Source of the DNA: Eledone cirrhosa
Lineage: Eukaryota
Direction: 5' to 3'
Assembly: GCA_964016885.1 (NCBI GenBank)
Contig: OZ024741.1
Location: forward strand, 221,774,001-221,838,000
DNA length: 64,000 nucleotides
The translations under genes were made by a program, and so were the position numbers. The notes beneath the pieces are model-generated. The model did not search any database and was not told the origin of the DNA. It saw nothing but the letters and a program-made list of their open reading frames with translations. Shown here in pieces: positions 1-12,300 of this stretch (position 1 is its first letter; each line of letters starts with the position of its first letter).

Positions 1-649
1 CCTTGTACAACATTCAATCAGTTGTGCACTTACTGAGATTTCTCCATATACCTGATTAAGCATGGGATGGGTCTGCCAAGGAAGAAGAGTAGTGAAACAT
101 CCATCTAAACTACTCTGTAGATGGGAGTCTACAGTCCAAGTCTCAGAACCATAGAGAAGGATAGGCTCTACTGTTGTTCTAAACAGGCTGATTTCAAGTT
201 TGTTTGGTATATTGGATTTCCTAATTTTATCCAGCTTATGAAATGCATTCCAGGCCAGGGATGTCCATATTAGGAAGTCCTTGTAGCGGTTGTCTCCCTT
301 GTTTTGATTGGGATCTAGACGGGAGGTGGAACCCTTTCTCAAACTTCCGGTCAGAGCCCTATAAAACTAACAACTTTAAGCTTCCTCCCTCTCTTTGCCT
401 TTTCGGCACCAGGTCGAAGAGTCTTCTCATTTGGCTCTGCCATTAATTTGGCCAACAGGCGCCTGGCCTTAGCCAGGCGCCCTCTGCCAGCCGCGTTTGC
501 CTGGCATTCAAAACGGTAACTACTAACTTTGTTTCATTCTAACATCTATCTTTGACATGTCAAGTATTCTATCTACCGTTAATTAAATATTATTTACACA
601 AACATTGTCTCGTTTTGTTACATTCATACAGCCAGTATTCTCGCTATAT

Positions 650-667
650 TGGTAACCCTGACGTGAT
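650..667 (+). promoter_or_regulatory. Primer-binding site complementary to the tRNA-Trp 3' end
   Basis: 16/18 match to the canonical tRNA-Trp PBS TGGTGACCCCGACGTGAT, 1 nt after the 5' LTR. Confidence 0.8.
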
Positions 668-875
668 ACGAACACGCAGCCGTTCATCGCTATAAGTGGT
701 CACCCCCAAAAAAAGAAAAAAATAGCACATCTGGTTTTGTGAGTAACATTACGAATACACAGCAAATTTAGCGACAAACTATGAAAATACTCAAGGTCAC
801 GCACACACGCACATGTGGAATTCGCACAGACATACTTTTTCTCTCACGCATCAATTAACTGTCGCATTTCACCAA

Positions 876-1068
876 TATATATATATATATGTTTCTCGTT
901 TCTTACAACGAACACTTTCAAAACAAAAAAAAACATTTCACGATATATATATATGTTTCTCGTTTCTTACAACGAACACTTTCAAAACAAAAAAAAAACA
1001 TTTCACGATATATATATATGTTTCTCGTTTCTTACAACGAACTCTTTCAGAACACAAAAAAAAAAAGA
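876..1068 (+). repeat. Three tandem ~63-bp units inside the LTR element
   Basis: (TA)n-GTTTCTCGTTTCTTACAACGAAC-ACTTTCA-(A)n unit seen three times. Confidence 0.9.
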
Positions 1069-3266
1069 AATTTGATATTCTTTAAAAAACATTTCAACAG
1101 GAACATTTATTTTCGATGAACCATTGCCTTTTGTTCATCGTTCAAGTTTTTTGTTTTTTTCAAAAGTTCACACCAATGATTATGCTGATTGAAGCCTTTC
1201 TTTTTCATCATTGTCACTTTCAAAATTGCACTATCATTTTCTCGCGCGTTAGAAATATTTTTTTTCAACCTTGTATTGGCACGTGTAGGCAGCATAAATT
1301 CTCGATTCACTGAGATGTCTCTTACTCACAGACAGCCGCACGCCAGAGATAGCATTTCTCCCCCAAGGATTCTTCAGCCTTAAGCTATATTCTTCTATTT
1401 GCCGGTTTATAAGTTTACAATGTAAATTTACCGTTGATAACCGCGCATTTATTAAGAATGCTTATTTCTCTGGTCGCTGGCCTCTTGACCCTTCCAGGTC
1501 AACGCATTCTCAACATCGACCATCAACTTCGGCTGCTATTTCTAGCACTTTGCGCAACTCATTTTTTTCTAAAAAAAAAAATTTTTTTACTGTGAATTTA
1601 AACACCGAATACGCTCACTCAGCGAGACAACAGCAGCAGCAACAGCAACAGCAATACATCAATACAGCTTCACCAAAGCCAGAGAATTCATTTTTGCAGC
1701 ACTCTTCCTGTGAGAAAATCCATTCGGAGGTTGGAAATTTCACGATATACCACAGAACAGAAACCACCTGCATTCATTCTCTGGAACACATTCTTTCCTG
1801 CTGTCATGTGATTGCACACCTGTGAACTATATTTTGAACTTTGAGCTCTTCTATTACTTTTACTTTATTACATTGTATCTTTGGGTGATGGATAGATGGA
1901 TGTCCAGTCGTTCTCTGGCCAAGAGCGGTTGGCTACCTTGATATCTATCATTGATTTTTCCAGGCATTCTTTTGTCGTAATTTTCATGCCTGTTACAACA
2001 TTCTCGCCAACTTGCTACATATTTTCATTTCGATTTTTATACACTAAAATTCTGGCGGGAGGTTATGTAGCGGTTGTCTCCCTTGTTTTGATTGGGATCT
2101 AGACGGGAGGTGGAACCCTTTCTCAAACTTCCGGTCAGAGCCCTATAAAACTAACAACTTTAAGCTTCCTCCCTCTCTTTGCCTTTTCGGCACCAGGTCG
2201 AAGAGTCTTCTCATTTGGCTCTGCCATTAATTTGGCCAACAGGCGCCTGGCCTTAGCCAGGCGCCCTCTGCCAGCCGCGTTTGCCTGGCATTCAAAACGG
2301 TAACTACTAACTTTGTTTCATTCTAACATCTATCTTTGACATGTCAAGTATTCTATCTACCGTTAATTAAATATTATTTACACAAACATTGTCTCGTTTT
2401 GTTACATTCATACAGCCAGTATTCTCGCTATATCCTTTTCTGAGTTCATTATGAAAGAATCAAGGTACTTAGTCTTCTACTTGCTTTAAAGGTTTCCTGT
2501 TTACTGTGACTATGCTAACACCAGATTCTGTTGAGTTATTCTCAGTTTTTGAATCATTGCAGCATTTTAGCCCATGAGCAGCAGCTGATTCTAGCACACA
2601 AAGGAGTGATTGGGTATTTGCTACTGAGTTTGAGGAAAGAGCCAAATCAGCAGTAAAATCTAGATCAGTGACAAATGCAGCAAGATATCTTCTGCTTTTT
2701 CTGGGCTTAAGCATTAACCCTTTCATCTTATTACTATCCAATGAAATATGTAGTCCAAAACAATTATAAAGAGAAAGGGGACTAGAATATTCCCTTACAG
2801 AGTGTACTGAGTGCATTTTATTATGGTACCAACACTAGAGAGGTTGTCAGATACTTGACATAGTCCTCTCTACTCTTTGTTGTTTCCTTATATAAAAATT
2901 ATATCAGAAACTTTCACTTTTGAAAATTTGTTCCAACTATAAAAAGGAAATCATCAGATCGGACTAAGGAAACACCATTTCCATTGCTATTACTATCTGT
3001 CAGTCACATCTCCTGACAGAAGAAATGAACCAATCATTAGATTGGACTATCACATTAAAAATTAAAGGCTTCACTCTAATAATGCGAATTTTCACAACAA
3101 TTTGTCCACTAGTAAAAATACTATAAACATTTGAATTTACAAACCTATTTTTAGATATTTTCTGCTAAATCATTGCAGAATATTAAGAGTTAAAATAAAA
3201 ATCAAAGTAAACTGATTTCTAGTTAAGTTCATTAAGTAACAACATAAGAAAAAACAAAGTATTTAC

Positions 3267-3324
3267 CAAAGCAAATGTTTGTCCAGGTAAAACAGTAAAA
3301 GAAATATTTTTCAGTATAGGGCGT
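3267..3324 (-). CDS. ABCB6: ABCB6 coding exon 13 ([19 protein letters not shown])
   Basis: Translated by hand; TTGCAG acceptor, GTAAAT donor, 58 nt, phase 2 to 0. Confidence 0.92.
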
Positions 3325-6300
3325 CTGCAACAAATTGAAAAATTCATTCAATTAATTAGTCAGACCTTATTAATTATCACAAAAATAATAAAGAAATGTA
3401 TTTTAATACTAAAATAATAACTACTTGAAATCCTACTAACCCTTTTAACACCAACCTGCCTGAAACAATCTCTGGTTCTACTAAATTAAAACTACCCATT
3501 TTAAAATATTCATATTAATATTAAAACCTTCTGTCATAATTTTATTTAAGAAATTTTTGATAAGTAATGTTCCAAACATCAGATAATGAAAAAGTCAGAT
3601 GTTTTAAAATTTTTCAAAATTTAGGATTATTTTTTTTAACAAATTGAAACCTATTTCATTATAAATATGGGAACAAACGGGCAAAAAGGATGAAATAATC
3701 AACTTTCATCTTTTCTGTAAGTCACAATTCAAGTTATTGGCATGATATACAAGTAAAACAAATTGGATGAAACAGTCAAGAATCAATTAACAATATTCAT
3801 CATTTTTTCAATCTACAAGGAAATACGTAATTTTGACGTTTCCATGTATATATACTCAATGTGTAAAGTTATATACACATGCAATTCTGATTAATACTGT
3901 ACAGTATATGTTCAGACATGCATTTATTATACATTTTGGCTGCATAGCACACAATTTTAGACTAAAATTAACTAACAACATTAGCCCTAATAATATGCAA
4001 ATCAATACCACCATTTCATGATTAATACTACATTTCTATCTAAGAATAAGAAGAACCAGGGCCGCCCTTAGGAGCATTGGATTTGGTGTACTTCATATTT
4101 GTTTCGGTTGCTGAATACAATCAAGGGTCACTGCTTCTTCTGAAGGTCAATAGTTCTCTTCTAACTCGAGCGGGAGTGCCTTTCCATTGCCAATTTCCAT
4201 TGATCATCTGCAAAGCCACGTTGTTCTCAGAACCACTACACCAGTCTTTCGATGCGTGCAGCTGGACCTACTGATACCCATTGATTTGGCAGGATCGCAA
4301 CTCATTTCTACAGCTGAGTAAACTGGAGCAACGTGAAATAAAGTGTCCTGCTCAGGGACACAACACATCACCCGGTCCGAGAATCGAACTCACAACCTTT
4401 CGATTGCAAGCCCAATGCTCTAACCACTAAGCCATGTGCCTTCACTAAATACTACATTTGGTAGGCTTTATAATGCTACATTTATGTATTTCTTTGTGGT
4501 TGTCTGATGATGTACATGTCTTCTGATGAGACCCCAATAAGAGTAAATAAATCAATTAAAGATGTTCGTCATCTTTTTAATCTACAGAAAAATACATAAA
4601 TGTGACAGGTTTACATGCCTATCTGCTTAATGTGTGTATTCATATACACATTTATACAATCTCAATTACTCCTGTACTGTATACATACAGATATAAATTT
4701 ATTGTACACTTTGGCTGCTTAGTGCACAACTTAATACATATTAAAACTGGATTGTTTCTTATAAGAAAATCAGTATTGACATTTAATATATAGAAGACCC
4801 TCTTCTGTCATCATTGACAATGGGTTTACACCTGGAAAGTTTCTCTCCAAGACAAACATTGGCAAGGTATATGTGGAAGGCCAGCAGTCACCCATACATG
4901 CCAGTCTCCCCTCTCCACACCATCAATGCTATTCAAGGGAAAGTCAAAAGCCAATACAGTTTAGCACTAGTGTCATCACAACTCATTTTCCAGCTAAGTG
5001 AAGAGGAGCAACATGAAATATAGTCATCATCATCATCACCGTTTTACGTCCGTTCTTCCACGCTAGCATGGGTTAGACGGGTTGTCCTGTTGTGGGCAGT
5101 GTCTGGTCGGCTGACCATGCCTTGCTCATACAGGAACTGATTTGGCTTGATTTCTACAGCTGGATGCCCTTCCTAACACCAACCTCATTTACAGTGAGTG
5201 CTGGGTGCTTTTTCGTGGCGCCTACACGTCCACTTTACAGTGTGGGCTGGGTGCTTTTTTGCCGTGGCACCTCCACGACCACCTTGCGGTGGGGGGGGGG
5301 GGGGGCATATTGTCTATATGCTTCAGCTTGTACCCATGGGAGGTCGGGTACTCTGTATTACTGCGTGACGCCAGAAGTCACGGTCGTGTGTCATTGTCTT
5401 TGAGAGGTGCAATTGGGTAAGGTGTTTTGTTCAAAGACACAACACACTACCAGATCTGGGAATCAAGCTCACAACTTTACAATTGGAACCCAGTATTCTA
5501 CCCACTAAACCATACATATATAAATGTAATTACAATAACACATCTAGAATATATTCAATATATTTACAACAATGATATGATTACATTAACAAATATAAGC
5601 AGAGAACCACACATACTAGAAGCACGATGTGTGATATCTAGACAATAAAACTTTCGCTTTGAGCAAGGTTGTACAGGATTAAAGGTATCTGTAACACCAG
5701 ATGGCAATATGTAGCAAAATCTGTCCACACTTTGACCCCTGGGTGACATTTAACAGTCATTTTTGGGGTTATCCTCTTTCAGGCGTCAACAAGTCTGAAA
5801 GTGGACGACCTCTAGAGGTCACCCCTTTGTTCTCAAGGCTTGGGGACAGAGGAGGCGACAGAGATAAATAGCCTGTCTTAGATCAAGCCAGGAGCAGTTT
5901 GAAGCAGTTCTTGATAGAGTAAACATGTAGACTATTGCTTCATTCAGACCGCTTGGGGTCTTACAGACTATTACTTTTTCTTATTCTCTCTATCTCAAGG
6001 TTTCTCTCTTAACCAAGCCAGTGATTTAACTCTTCTTTTACAAACAAACAAATAACGTCCATAATTCTTGTGTATTTTTTGTATAACTTTGGCGTGAGTT
6101 ATAATCAATAAATTAATAATATAGTGGTTTGGTGTTATCGTGGTTCATTTATAAATATTTGTTTTCTGCGTGATCAAGGAACTATCATATCATCATCTTA
6201 ATGAACACTTACTCACTTACCTGAACACATGCAACCTCAGGTCACACTGTATCACACAACAGTGACCACATGACACAGCAAGCTACAAGTGAGCACACAC

Positions 6301-9300
6301 ACAACAAATGAACCAACACCACAACACAATTACTACCAACATGACTGAGACCATCCAAATAATCGCTATAAATATGATGAACCATTTCTAGTTGACACAT
6401 TGCATAAACAAATTATAATGCCAAAACAGGACTCACCATTTTCAAGAGAGGACACATAATACTTAAAGACATCATTAGTTACTTTCTACATATCTTAAGC
6501 TAAAGGAAATGAGCAGATCATCAGATCAAACCAAGGAACCAATGCACCCATTAGCCTTTCATTGCTAATGCTATTTGCTGGTTGCAATTCCTAGCAGGTG
6601 GGATATGAACTTAGAATGCACAGAGCCAGATCAAATAACACAAAAATTTCTGTCTAATTCTTTAACAACACTGCCAATCTACCTCTCCTGTCTACCTTAT
6701 CAACCCCAAAAGGATGAAAGGCAAAGTTGATCTTGGCAGGATTTGAACTGAAAGCACAGTGAGCTGGAACAAATACTGAAGCATTTAATCCAATGACCTA
6801 ACAATTCAGCTAATTCACTACCTTAAACTTACCTTAAATTTTTATTATTCCCTCTAACCTTATATTTACACACACATATATATATATATATGTAAATATA
6901 AGGTTAGAGGGAATAATAAAAATTTAAGGTAAGTTTTATATATGTGTGTGGGACAACTCCTGTCTAACCCATGCTAGCGTGGAAGATGGACATTAAACAA
7001 AGATATTTTCTTCGGGGTTATAAGAGGCTTAGCTCTGTTTCTCGACCGTTATATCGTGTGACTATCTCCCCCTCCGCCTTTTGGGATTCTTTCTCACGTC
7101 GTGTGGACGCGTTCTTGAAGCTAGTAAAATGAGGTATCCTCTTGATAAGTCGGCAGACCTCGCAAGGACTCTATATCTTTATGATGTATTGTTTTTGTTT
7201 ATGCCACGAAACTACGTAGTCGAGGAATCTAGGAACAGTTTAGGTATGATACATTTCATTACTAATTATATCTAAATGTTTCTTCTCTCTTCATAATATA
7301 TATATATATATATATACATAAATTCAAAAACGAATGACATATACAAAAATATATCAAACATTAACAGGAGATAATTTAAATGAACATACTACCTTTTTGT
7401 AATTATATGTTCTTACATTCTTTGCAAATTATCTCCTGTTAATGCTTGATATATTTTTGTATATGTCGTTCATTTTTGAATTTATAATAAGTGCTCAGAA
7501 TTATTTCTTGGAACTTTCCTTTACAGGTGATATGGTGCATGTTTGTGATTATCTCAGACACATCTTTATTTCCCCCTTGCTTCTGATGGACACCACCAGA
7601 GGGTGTTAGCCCCAGTGCTTTTTGCATAGCTACGGCTTCCTAAATGTTTACCTGTAAACATATAGTGTTTCTTAAGAAATACAAAATTTCTATACATATA
7701 TATATATTCATCAACTCTTACTAGAAGGGCAGGGTAAGCAGACATTAAATGATGATGGTGGTGGCAGTGATTGTCAACCAGATATGAAAATTCAATTGAA
7801 AATACTTACGAAGGTTCATAATAAAAGTGGACATCTTTAAACTCAATTTTTCCTTCTTTCAGTTGCAATTCTTTAGCACCAGGAATATCACTAATCTGAA
7901 GTCCATCAATGTAGAGTAATTATTAAATTTATATATCACTATGTCAAATCATTTTACAAAACTTTCTATTAAACATTTTATATACCGAACAGTGGTTCCT
8001 AACCTTAACACTCCTAAGGACCCCTTTTACTTAACCCTTTCATTACCATATTTCTATAATTTTCAAATAAACTTGAAAATATTTAAGAATCTGGATGGAT
8101 TTAACTTTTTCATTATAAAGTTAGTGTTTGGAGGATAACTTAACAAATTTTCTGACACAAAAATAATGATGGAAGATTTACATTTAAAATAAGTTTTGTA
8201 TCATAAAATCAAAGAGTTTCAGATGGTTTGGTATTAAAAGGATTCCTAAAGACACCCCACTCAGATTGTTATACAGTGAGAATGATAATTAAAAGTGAGA
8301 TATGATTATATTGGGTTGGCCAAAAACATCCGTTTGGTTTTCTTAGTAAAAATGAGACGGTTTTAAACCCAAACCAATTTATTCAATCAATGATATATTT
8401 GTCATTTCATTCCAGTACCTTCCACCATCTTCTAGGTAGATTCATTATTCCCTGTTCAAAGATTACCTGTTTTACTGGCAAAGAACCCTTCCAAATGAAT
8501 TTTCACATTTTCTGAAGAATTGAAGGTCCATTCAAAGAAGAGACTGAAACAGGTGAAAATCTGAAGTGGAAAGGTTGGAGGAATATGTAGGGTGAGGCAA
8601 AACTTCCCAGCCAAGCCCTCGTAACTTCTGCTGCATCTGCAAGTAAGTATTTGATCTGGCATTGTTTTGATGAAAGACAATATCCTTTCGATTAGCAAGT
8701 TCTGGACGTCTCTGGTGGATCTGCATTTAATTTATCCAGCTGATCACAGTACACATCCAAACTGATGGTCCTGTTTGTAGGAAGAAGCTCATAAAAGACA
8801 ACACCCTTCCAATCCCATCAAATTGAAAGCATAATCTTCTTTGGGTGAAGTTCTGCTTTAGAGGTTGTTTGTGATGTTTCTTGGCACTTCCCCCCATGAT
8901 CGTTTTCACTTTACATTGTTATAGACGATCCATTTTTCATCTCCAGTTACCATTTTCTTAAAAAAAAAGGGAACCCAAACATTGACCCTGCTAATGTAAC
9001 CAAGTTTATGCAGATGGTTTTCAACATTTGATTTGGAAATCTGGAGAATATCTGCGATCTCCCAAATTGGCCAATGCCTTCTGATTGCAATTTGGTAAAA
9101 GGCTGTCAATGTGTGTGTGTGTGTGTGTGTGGAGTTGAGTATGGAGGGGTCAGTGTTTATGTCCTGTAACTTAATAGTTTGAAAAAATAAGATTGATAAA
9201 AGAAGTCCCAGACTTGAAAAGATGTGTACTGGAATCAATATGATCAACTAAATCCCTTCATGGAAGTGCCCCAGCATGACCAGTCTAATGACTGAAACCA

Positions 9301-12300
9301 GTAAAAGAGTGCAGTATCCTAGCATGGCCCCAGTAAAATAGTATCCCACTAAACTGTTCTCCAAGATGTAATTGTGACTCTTACCTCCTCTTCTTCACTA
9401 ATCAGATCAAACATATTCTCCATGTCAATGAAAGACTGCTGGATCATTCTAGTTTAAACAATACAGAAAAATAATTAACAATTAATCATTCTACACACCT
9501 CTTCTATTGTATTTAAACACTCAAAAGTATGTAGCTTAATATTTAGGGTGTTCAGTTCACAATCATATAGTTGTTAGTTCAATTCCTGGCAGTGCATAAT
9601 ATCATGAGCAAGATACTTTATTTCATGTTGCTCGAGTCCACTCAGATGAAAAAAATTGGTTGTACCTCTAATTCAAAGGGCCAACCTCGTCACACACAGT
9701 CATCATTATCATTACTGTTTTACGTCCGTTCTTCCACGCTAGCATGGGTTAGACTGGTTGTCCTGTTGTGGACAGTGTCCGGTTGGCTGACCATGCCTTG
9801 TTCATACGGGAACTGATTCTGGCTTGATTTCTACAACTGGATGCCCTTCCCAACACCAACCTCATTTACAGTGAGTGCTGGGTGCTTTTTTTCCGTGGCG
9901 CCTACACGTCCACTTTACAGTGTGGGCTGGGTGCTTTTTTGCCATGGTACCTCCACAACCACTTTGCAGTGGGAGGGTGTGGGGGCATATTGTCTATCAT
10001 ATAGACTCTATATGATTCAGCTTTGGCTTGTACCCGTGGAGGGTCGGGTCTTCTGTATTACTGCGTGACGCCAGAGGTCAGTCGTGTGCCATCACCTTTG
10101 AGAGGTGTAATTGGGTAAGGTCGGCTTTTATCACCTCATCCCAGGTCTTCTTGGGTCTCCCCACTCCGCGCTTTCCATCGACTTCTAGTGCTCTGCACCT
10201 TTTTATGCAGCTGTCATCCTTCATACGCATCACATGTCCATACCAACGTAACCTCCTCTCCTGCACACAGCATTTGATTCCTCTTATGCTCAGTCTCTCT
10301 CTCAATTCGTTTATGCTTTGCCGTTCGCGTATATTACTATTACACACCCATCAGAGCTTGCAGGCTTCCTTTCCTTTCTAATCTACACAAGTCTTCCACA
10401 GACAGCACCCAGGTCTCACTACCATGTAACATTGCTGTTCGTATACACACATCATACAGTCTGCCTTTCATTTTGAGAGAAAAACCTTTTGCAGCTAGCA
10501 GTAGCTCTCTGAACTTCTTCCATCCCGTTCTTACCCTAGTTATTGTACTTTCCGAACACCCATCTCCACTGCTAATTTGGTCATCTAGGTAGCAGAAACT
10601 GTCTACTGTTTCTACAAAGCCCTCCCAGAGTTTGGTGGTACTTGTTTCCTGTGGCTGTTTGCTGCTTGTTGTCCCAGCACAGCTGCTACATGTGAAGCCT
10701 CCATTCTTAGTTAAGCTTCCTGAGATCCCGCTACATCTCTTGTGTACCCATTGTTTGCATTTGGGGCAAAGAATGGAGTTCCTACCTACACCTTTCCTAC
10801 ATACTGAGCAAGGCCATTTCCCTGAGGGGATCTGGGTTCTGTTTTATCGTCTACTTACAAGGACCTTAGTTTTTGTCAGGTTGACTTTGATACCCTTTCT
10901 CTCTAATCCCTGCTTCCAAGTTTGGAATTTCTTCTCTAGTTCTACCATAGATTCAGCTATAAATGCGAGGTCATCTGCATACAGGAGTTCCCATGGGCAT
11001 CTGGTCTTAAACTCCTCCGTTACTACCTGCAGAACGATGATGAACAGGAGAGGGCTAAGAACAGAGCCCTGGTGGACACCGACCTGTACGCTATATTCCT
11101 CGCTATAGTCATTGCTAATCCCAACTTTGCTGACTGCTCCCCTATACATGGCTTGTACAGCTTTCAAAAGCCATTCATCTACTCCTTGTTTTCTAAGAGC
11201 TCACCAGATTATAGCACGGGTAACTCTATCAAAGGCTTTCTCGTGATCGACGAATGCCAGGTAGAACAGCTTACTTTTAGCTAGGTACTTTTCCTGTAAC
11301 TGCCTCACAAGGAAGGGGGCATCAGTGGTGCCTCCTCCTGGCACAAACCCAAATTGCATCTCATCTAGTTTCACTCGGTCCCTAATCAACTGTGCTATAA
11401 CTCTTTCTGTTACTCTCATGACCTGGTCCATCAGCTTTATACCTCTATAGTTTCCTCTATCTAGTGCACCACCTTTACCTTTGTAGCCGTTGACAATGAT
11501 GCTACTGCACCAATCCTTTGGTATGACACCTTCTAGTATTACCTGGTTAACAATACGTGTGGTTAAGGTGTGACCTACCAGCCCAGATGCTCTCAGCATC
11601 TCGGCAGCTATACCCGATGGACCGGTTGCCTTCCCCGTCTTCATATCTTTGATTGCCTTACTTACTACGCTGCTGCTGACTTGTACTGCTGGCCCCTCTA
11701 TAGGGTCTACTTGGGGTAGGGTCTCTTCTTCCCATGCATTCTCCTCATTTAGTAATCTATCATAATGGCTCTTCCAAGCATCTTTCTTCTCAGCACTTGT
11801 AAGGGCAAGCTCACCTTTATCATTCCAGATACACTTCTCTCCAATGACATCACAATTCTCTCTGACACACTACCTTGCAATCTTGTTTCTGGTCCTCACG
11901 TTGCAAAACATGCTTGAATTTTCTATCCTCTGCTTCCCTCCTAGCTAAGTATACTGGTCGCCTAGCTTCCCTCCTGGTCTCTATGTAATGTACCCTGCTT
12001 CCCCCGTTCTTCCATTCTTTCCATGCCTGTCTCTTGGCCTTAACTGCCTCATCTACCTTATTGTTCCACCACCAAGTCACTCTCCTCCTGCCTGTGGTCT
12101 TACTCCAGCCACAGATCTCATCCGTCACCTTTAGTAAGTTATTTTTTAGGAACTCCCAGTGCTCTTCTACATTGAGTGTCTCTATCTGTTCTTCTTACTG
12201 TCATAGGCGTTGAGTAAAATATCTTTAAATCTGTTACTGGCTGAGGGGTCTTTCAGCTTCCAGATCTTTCTTCTCCAGGTTGGCTTCTGTTTCCAGGTTC

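Larger units (their letters stand above)
282..2432 (+). mobile_element. Non-autonomous LTR retroelement (Gypsy-type signals), 2151 bp
   Basis: 367-bp LTRs at 282-648 and 2066-2432 (TGTAGCG...CGCTATA), identical by eye. 4-bp TSD TCCT; PBS TGGTAACCCTGACGTGAT at 650-667; purine tract GGCGGGAGG before the 3' LTR; no gag/pol ORF. Confidence 0.92.
1..2740 (-). mobile_element. Decayed RTE-like LINE RT fragment (1-281 and 2433-~2740), split by the LTR element
   Basis: Minus-strand translation DLDFTADLAL...; removing the LTR element rejoins IMNSEKDFLIWTSLAWNAFHKLDKI...ILLYGSETWT. Confidence 0.75.

Noticed and set aside
876-1068. CRISPR-like array (also the 56570-57510 subrepeats)
   Set aside because: Eukaryotic context, no unique spacers and no cas genes; these are ordinary tandem or subterminal repeats.
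4370-4445. tRNA gene
   Set aside because: The A/B boxes belong to a SINE head with a body and TSD; there is no complete cloverleaf. The same applies to the other SINE heads.
3740-4745. Hammerhead at CTGATGA (~4523) within a diverged direct repeat pair (~3780-3965 and ~4550-4745)
   Set aside because: No GAAA or stem III follows in that copy; it is too decayed to call.
5628-6258. Possible solo LTR (TGTGTGATA...TATCACACA, internal AATAAA)
   Set aside because: No target-site duplication or second copy was found, so the boundaries are unsupported.
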